A stretch of 64,000 bases of DNA from Alphaproteobacteria bacterium (GTDB taxonomy: Bacteria; Pseudomonadota; Alphaproteobacteria; SP197): assembly GCA_965228895.1 (NCBI GenBank), contig OZ245842.1:5216001-5280000 (forward strand), read 5' to 3'. The notes beneath the pieces are model-generated. The model was not told the origin of the DNA, ran no database searches, and saw only the letters and a list, made by a program, of their open reading frames with translations. The translations under genes and the position numbers were made by a program. This document shows positions 58,683-64,000 of this stretch, piece by piece (position 1 is the stretch's first letter; every line of letters starts with the position of its first letter).

Positions 58683-59600
58683 TCAGGGCGCGCTGCGCAC
58701 GGGCTTGTTGTCGATGGGCGGAATGTTGGCGAGGTAGGCGATAAGGGCGGCCGCGTCTTCGTCGCTCAACGCTCTCGTCGAATTGCGCACGACTTCGGCC
58801 ATGCCGCCGCCGACCGCGTCGCCGTCCGGCAACAGCCCGGCACGCAGCAAGAGCATCATGTCGAGTTCGGACCAGGAGCCGATGCCAGTCGCGATGTTGG
58901 GCGTGATGTTGGGCACCAGATCGCCATCAGGCCCTTCTCCGTTGCCTGCCAAGTAGAGATCCGCGTCCGTGCCGCCCAGCCAGGTGCGCGGCGTATGACA
59001 GGCGCCGCAATGGCCAAGCGCGTCGACCAGATAACGTCCGCGGTGCCAGGTCGCGTCGTGCTCGGGATCGGCAGCTTCAGGGCCTGCTTCGAAATAAAGC
59101 ATGCGCCAGAAGAACAGCAGGAAGCGCATGTCGAAGGGGAAGTCTAAATCGTGGTCGGCGACGGCGTTGTCGCTGGCCGGCTGTGCCATGAGGTAGGCAT
59201 AGAGATCGGCAACGTCCTGGTCCGCCATCCGGGTGAAGTAGTCATAAGGAAAGGACGGGTAATAGGCCGTGCCGTCTGGTCCGATGCCGTCACGCAGCGC
59301 GCGGTCGAACTCCGCCGACGTCCAGCCGCCGATACCGTGATCGGGGTCGGGCGTGATGTTCGGCGTGACGAACGCGCCGAAGTCGGTGTTCAGTACCCGT
59401 CCGCCGGCCAGAGGCGCGCCGCCATTGGCCACATCTGTGTGACAGCCAAGGCAGCCGGCGAGCTGAAACACATAGGCACCGCGCTCGGCATCGCCATCGG
59501 GCAGGTCCTGCGCCCAAGCGACCGGACTGGCACATACCAGGGAGATCCAAAAGACGAGAGCGACCCACCGTGGCCGCCCGCGCCGGACGTACTCACTCAA
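58683..59600 (-). CDS. Diheme c-type cytochrome (dehydrogenase cytochrome-subunit-like)
   Basis: CLGCH and CGACH; two PNITP...GIG.W repeats; signal peptide. Start uncertain. Confidence 0.9.
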   Translation of the reverse strand: MSEYVRRGRPRWVALVFWISLVCASPVAWAQDLPDGDAERGAYVFQLAGCLGCHTDVANGGAPLAGGRVLNTDFGAFVTPNITPDPDHGIGGWTSAEFDRALRDGIGPDGTAYYPSFPYDYFTRMADQDVADLYAYLMAQPASDNAVADHDLDFPFDMRFLLFFWRMLYFEAGPEAADPEHDATWHRGRYLVDALGHCGACHTPRTWLGGTDADLYLAGNGEGPDGDLVPNITPNIATGIGSWSELDMMLLLRAGLLPDGDAVGGGMAEVVRNSTRALSDEDAAALIAYLANIPPIDNKPVRSAP

Positions 59601-59607
59601 CGATGAT

Positions 59608-60096
59608 CTAATCCAGCTTCTGGCGGAATGTCTGATGACACCCTCCACAACCTTCGGTACCGACAATCTCGAATTGACCGGCAATAGCATCCGCGTTGCC
59701 GTTATCCGCGAGTTCCTTCAGTTTCAGCGCCTCGAGCTCAAGGGTATCGGCGTCGCCGACAAACTCGTCCCACTTCTCCCAGATCACCGGCTTGGCGCCG
59801 TTCTCGGGATCGGTGACATCGGTCATGCTGGTGCCTTCGGGAAACAGGTCGGGTATTTTCATGGCGTTCTGGGCCAGTGTCGCGGCAGCCGCCGAAACGT
59901 CATCCAGTGTGCCGACGCCGGCCTGCGCGTAGCCGCCGATCGTCTTCATCGCGTTGCCGTTCTCTTTCATCAGTTCCTGGCGCTCTTTGATGATGGCGCC
60001 GGGGTCCTGCGCCTGGGACATCTCCCCGGCCAAGACGAGACCGCCGGCAGCGATTACGGCAGCAGCCGAAAGCATTACAATTGAGCGAAAACGCAT
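59608..60096 (-). CDS. Cytochrome c' / c556
   Basis: Signal peptide, RQELMK, AKPVIW, C-terminal CGGCHQTFR. Confidence 0.92.
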   Translation of the reverse strand: MRFRSIVMLSAAAVIAAGGLVLAGEMSQAQDPGAIIKERQELMKENGNAMKTIGGYAQAGVGTLDDVSAAAATLAQNAMKIPDLFPEGTSMTDVTDPENGAKPVIWEKWDEFVGDADTLELEALKLKELADNGNADAIAGQFEIVGTEGCGGCHQTFRQKLD

Positions 60097-60426
60097 GATG
60101 TCTGATCCCTCCCTTATTGAGCGCTCGTTACCAGAACAAGCTACTCCGCAGGTTACGTATGCCGATGCTTGAAGGCTATCACGTTGGCGTGAAGGCGTTT
60201 GAACGATTGAGTCCCCGTCACCGGCCGCGCGATCGGTTCTGGGAGGTGTGGAGATTAGAAAATCTAGGGATAGTTACGATTATTCCTCATTTGCGGGATT
60301 GCTTGTCGATGCCTAGGTTAAGCGCACTCCGCCGATTCCACGATGTGCTTAGTGCGACCGCGAATGCCGCCTCGCGATGCCTAAGATGAACGAAACTAGG
60401 AAGACGGCTGTCGAGGACACCCAGTT

Positions 60427-60738
60427 ATGACGACGCAGATCGTCACCGCCAACCGTCTAGACGACGGCGCGGTGGTCTATTTGAGCGCTGATGGACATTG
60501 GACCGAAACGGTTGGCTGTGCCCGTCTTAGCAACGAACCGGACGAGGCCGATACCTTGCTTGCCGTTGCCGGCCAGGCAGTCGCCGACGGCTTGATTGTC
60601 GAAGCCTATCTGATTGCGGTCGCGGTCGAGAACGGTGTGGTGCGCCCGGTTCACATCAAGGAAGTGATCCGCGCCACCGGGCCGACGACCCGGTTGGACC
60701 TGGGCAAGCAGGCGAACACGCAAACGGCCGCCGCCTAA
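60427..60738 (+). CDS. DUF2849 protein
   Basis: TANRL.DG.VVYL, E.IRATGPT; usual position before cysI. Confidence 0.88.
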   Translation: MTTQIVTANRLDDGAVVYLSADGHWTETVGCARLSNEPDEADTLLAVAGQAVADGLIVEAYLIAVAVENGVVRPVHIKEVIRATGPTTRLDLGKQANTQTAAA

Positions 60739-60762
60739 AACAACAGAAGACAGGGAGCGGCC

Positions 60763-62418
60763 ATGTACCGCTACGACGAATTCGACCACACACTGGTGGC
60801 GGAACGGGTCAGCCAGTTCCGTGGCCAGGTCGCGCGCCGGGTTGCCGGTGACCTGACGGAGGAGGAGTTCAAGCCGCTCAGGCTGATGAACGGCCTCTAT
60901 CTGCAGCTCCATGCCTATATGCTGCGCGTCGCCATCCCCTATGGCGTTCTGTCATCGCTGCAGATGCGCAAGCTCGCCCATATCGCCCGGGTCTACGACA
61001 AGGGCTACGGCCATTTCACGACGCGCCAGAACATCCAGTACAACTGGCCCAAGCTGCCCGACGTTCCGGACATCCTGGACGAACTGGCCGAGGTCGAGAT
61101 GCACGCCATTCAGACCAGCGGCAACTGCATCCGCAACGTCACGGCCGACCAGTATGCCGGCGTCGCCGGCGACGAGATCGAGGACCCGCGCATTTACGCT
61201 GAGATCATGCGCCAGTGGTCGACCCTGCATCCGGAGTTCTCGTTCCTGCCGCGCAAGTTCAAGATCGCGATCACCGGCGCGCCTAACGACCGGGCCGCGG
61301 TCAAGGTGCACGATATCGGCCTGCGCATGGTGCGCAACGAGGCCGGCGAGCCGGGTTTCGAGGTGCTGGTCGGTGGCGGTCAGGGCCGCACGCCGATGAT
61401 CGCCTACACGGTGCGCGACTTCCTGCCCAGCCGACACCTCTTGAGCTATCTCGAAGCCATTCTGCGTGTCTATAACCAGCTTGGCCGGCGCGACAACAAG
61501 TACAAGGCACGGATCAAGATCCTGGTGCACGAGACCGGCGCCGAGAAGTTCACGGCGCTGGTGGAAGACGAGTGGGCCCAAATCAAGGACACGTCGCTGA
61601 CATTGCCAGAGGCGGAGATCGCGCGCATCGAGGCTTACTTCGCGCCGCCGGACTACGACACGCTGGACGACGTATCGCCGGAGCTGGACGCCTGGCGCGG
61701 CGACGACCGTGACTTCGATCTTTGGGTCCGCGCCAATGTCGCCGAACACAAGGTGCCTGGTTATGCGATCGCCAACATCTCGCTTAAGCCGATCGGCGGC
61801 ACGCCGGGCGACGCGACGGCTGAGCAGATGGACGCCGTGGCGGATCTCGCCGACCGGTTCTCGCTCGGCGAAATCCGTGTCAGCCACGAGCAAAATCTGG
61901 TGCTCGGCGACGTCAAGAAGCGCGACCTCTATGCGCTCTGGCAAGAGCTGAAGGTCCACGATCTGGCGACGGCCAATCTCGGCCTCATCTCCGACATGAT
62001 CACATGCCCCGGTCTCGACTACTGCTCGCTCGCCAACGCGCGTTCGATTCCGATCGCGCAGGAGATCAGCGAGCGCTTTGCAGACCTCGAACGTCAGCAC
62101 GACATCGGCGAACTGAAACTCAAGATCTCCGGCTGCATCAACGCCTGCGGCCATCACCATGTCGGCCACATCGGTATTCTGGGCGTCGACAAAAAGGGCG
62201 TCGAACACTACCAGATCACGCTGGGCGGCAATGCCGACCAGAACGCGGCCATCGGCAAGATCGTCGGACCCGCTTTCTCAGGCGACGATGTCACCGATGC
62301 CGTCGAGACCATTGTCGAGACCTACCTGGACATTCGCGCCGACGGCGAGAGTTTCCTGGAGACCTATCAGCGCGCCGGCCTCGAGCCGTTCAAGGAGAGG
62401 CTCTATGCCGCTCATTAA
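60763..62418 (+). CDS. cysI: Sulfite reductase hemoprotein
   Basis: HFTTRQNIQ, TSGNCIRN, LPRKFK, CPGLDYC, SGCINACGHH. Confidence 0.95.
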   Translation: MYRYDEFDHTLVAERVSQFRGQVARRVAGDLTEEEFKPLRLMNGLYLQLHAYMLRVAIPYGVLSSLQMRKLAHIARVYDKGYGHFTTRQNIQYNWPKLPDVPDILDELAEVEMHAIQTSGNCIRNVTADQYAGVAGDEIEDPRIYAEIMRQWSTLHPEFSFLPRKFKIAITGAPNDRAAVKVHDIGLRMVRNEAGEPGFEVLVGGGQGRTPMIAYTVRDFLPSRHLLSYLEAILRVYNQLGRRDNKYKARIKILVHETGAEKFTALVEDEWAQIKDTSLTLPEAEIARIEAYFAPPDYDTLDDVSPELDAWRGDDRDFDLWVRANVAEHKVPGYAIANISLKPIGGTPGDATAEQMDAVADLADRFSLGEIRVSHEQNLVLGDVKKRDLYALWQELKVHDLATANLGLISDMITCPGLDYCSLANARSIPIAQEISERFADLERQHDIGELKLKISGCINACGHHHVGHIGILGVDKKGVEHYQITLGGNADQNAAIGKIVGPAFSGDDVTDAVETIVETYLDIRADGESFLETYQRAGLEPFKERLYAAH

Positions 62419-62890
62419 GGATGGCGATCTGATCGACGACCCGTGGCTCAGGGTCGCCGACGATCAGGACCTGCCCGACGGTCCCGTGATCATCACGCTC
62501 GAACGTTGGCAGGGAGCCGCCGCCGACGTTGCCGCCCACAACGGACCTCTGGGTGTTGTTCTGTCAAGCGACCAGTCGCCCGACTTGATCGCCGACGACC
62601 TCGGCCGTTTCGATCTCATTGCGCTGGACTTCCCGGCGTTCACGGATGGGCGCGCCTATTCCTATGCCCGCCTGTTGCGCGAACGTTTGGGCTTCAAAGG
62701 CGAAATTCGCGCCGTCGGCAACGTGTTGCGCGATCAGGTCGCATTCATGGTGCGTTGCGGTTTCGATGCGTTCGACATGGCCGATGCCAACGCGGCCGAG
62801 GCTTTCAAACAGGCACTCGCAGAAGTCTCCGTCACCTATCAACCGGCAGGTGACGCACGACGCCCCGCCATGGCGCTTCGTCAGGGGTAA
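62405..62890 (+). CDS. DUF934 protein
   Basis: FPAFTDGRAYS.ARLLRER.GF.GE.RA.G.VL.DQ. Confidence 0.92.
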   Translation: MPLIKDGDLIDDPWLRVADDQDLPDGPVIITLERWQGAAADVAAHNGPLGVVLSSDQSPDLIADDLGRFDLIALDFPAFTDGRAYSYARLLRERLGFKGEIRAVGNVLRDQVAFMVRCGFDAFDMADANAAEAFKQALAEVSVTYQPAGDARRPAMALRQG

Positions 62891-63078
62891 GGGAAAACCG
62901 GCCTCCGACAACTGGCCGGCGAGATGGTTTGCCACTTCGACGGCAACGTGCCGACCGCTCAGAAACGCGCCGTCGCAAGTCTGGACAAACGGACCGGCGA
63001 CGGCCTCGCCTGCAAAGCAGATCCGGTCACCGACCGCGCGCGCAAGTCCGCGCCTCTGTTAACAGACAGCCAGGCGAC

Positions 63079-63840
63079 ATGGCTGTGGCGAAGTTAACGC
63101 TGGGACAGGTTGTCTTCGCGGTGCCCTTTATTCTGTGGCGCTTGTGTCGTGGTGACACAACTGAGCGCGGCGGCTACATCACTTTGGGTCTAGCGTTAAT
63201 CTTTTGCATTGCCGGCGCGCTCTATCAGGTCCGTGCACTGCCCCGTACCGAAATTGTTCTAATTCTCATTTGGTCGGTGGTGATCGTTGCCTTCGTCCGC
63301 TTAGCCGGGCGTCTCGATACCCTATCGAACCGCGTGCTGATAGGCGGGGTCGGCTCGGTCGTTCTATTGTTGGGTCATATCATCGCGGCGATCTTCATGA
63401 TGCTTGCTGATGCAGAGGCAGATGCCGAGACCAGTGTCGATGCTTGTAGCTGACGTTCGGCGGGAGACGTTCCCAGCGATGCCGACATTGATAGCGCGGT
63501 GCTGACCTCTATCTATCCGGATCCTGAGATCGCGTGGCGTACCGGCTATGCCGTTATTGCTGCGCCTAACCACCGCATGGAGCACGGCATCGTCGACGCA
63601 CATCGTGCGTTTCTTGCCGAGCCGTCGATTACCAAGGACATGCTGGCGACGCGCAACGTCGGCCTGGTGATCTTGTTCACGGCATAAAACGGCAAGGGCG
63701 GGCACGACTGGTACATCAAGGAGGGCGGACCACAGAGCCTCTACGGTCGATTGGCCGCCGGCGATCCACCTTCATGGGCCGTGCGGCTTTGCGCCGAGGA
63801 CTCGCGACTCGACCGTTTCCTCGTCTACAGCGCGCCCTAA
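63079..63840 (+). pseudogene. Truncated membrane glycosyltransferase-like gene with two in-frame stops
   Basis: One reading frame with TGA at 63451-53 and TAA at 63685-87. TM helices, then AAPNHR...GI.D and SLYGRLAAGDPPSW. Confidence 0.55.
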
Positions 63841-64000
63841 TGCGCAGGTTGTGCGGTGTTCGTTAACGCCATTAACCAAATCTGTATGTCAATGCTGTGA
63901 CCGCGGTCACTGCGTGAGGGGTCGCGACCCATAAGCGACCGGCGATTGTGTCTCGCGTCACTGTCAGATCACCCGACCCGCTGACATGCTACTGCACGAT

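Noticed and set aside
63451-63453. Selenocysteine read-through at an in-frame TGA
   Set aside because: The same frame has a later TAA stop and no redox motif context; a pseudogene is simpler.
63863-63876. CtrA binding site (TTAA...TTAAC)
   Set aside because: The spacer is 5 nt rather than the 7 nt of the consensus.

Overview
High-GC alphaproteobacterial chromosome (Rhodospirillales-like by gene content and synteny; this is an inference). 1-28,100 is mostly metabolic and housekeeping DNA: amidase, GNAT, MocR regulator, agmatinase-like enzyme, acs, carbonic anhydrase, and the conserved EVE-yciI-gpsA-tsaD / hemC-hemD-COG4223-hemY block. A tRNA-Thr(CGT) at 28200-28274 is the insertion site of a 15,562-bp integrated element bounded by a perfect 49-bp repeat (28226-28274 / 43788-43836). 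The element has a phage-satellite (PICI-like) backbone: integrase, AlpA, ParB-adenine methylase, RepA/AAA_25 helicase, an iteron origin and a TerS-like gene. It has no recognisable major capsid, portal, large terminase or lysis genes. It does carry two podophage-type DNA-ejection-like proteins, a scaffold-like protein plus a mini-protein with the same C-terminal motif, three tandem small paralogs, a fibre-like protein and a Panacea/PemK-like TA pair. This is the best candidate for an undescribed system. About 2.3 kb past attR lies a full-length, gap-free, diverged copy of the tRNA with an identical 5' leader and an anticodon loop changed to CTC. The rest (46.8-64 kb) holds fcl/gmd, heptose genes, glpK, a LysR-cupin pair, a membrane-protein/YceI chimera, c-type cytochromes, DUF2849-cysI-DUF934 and a pseudogene. 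All family calls come from motifs read by eye; no searches were run.
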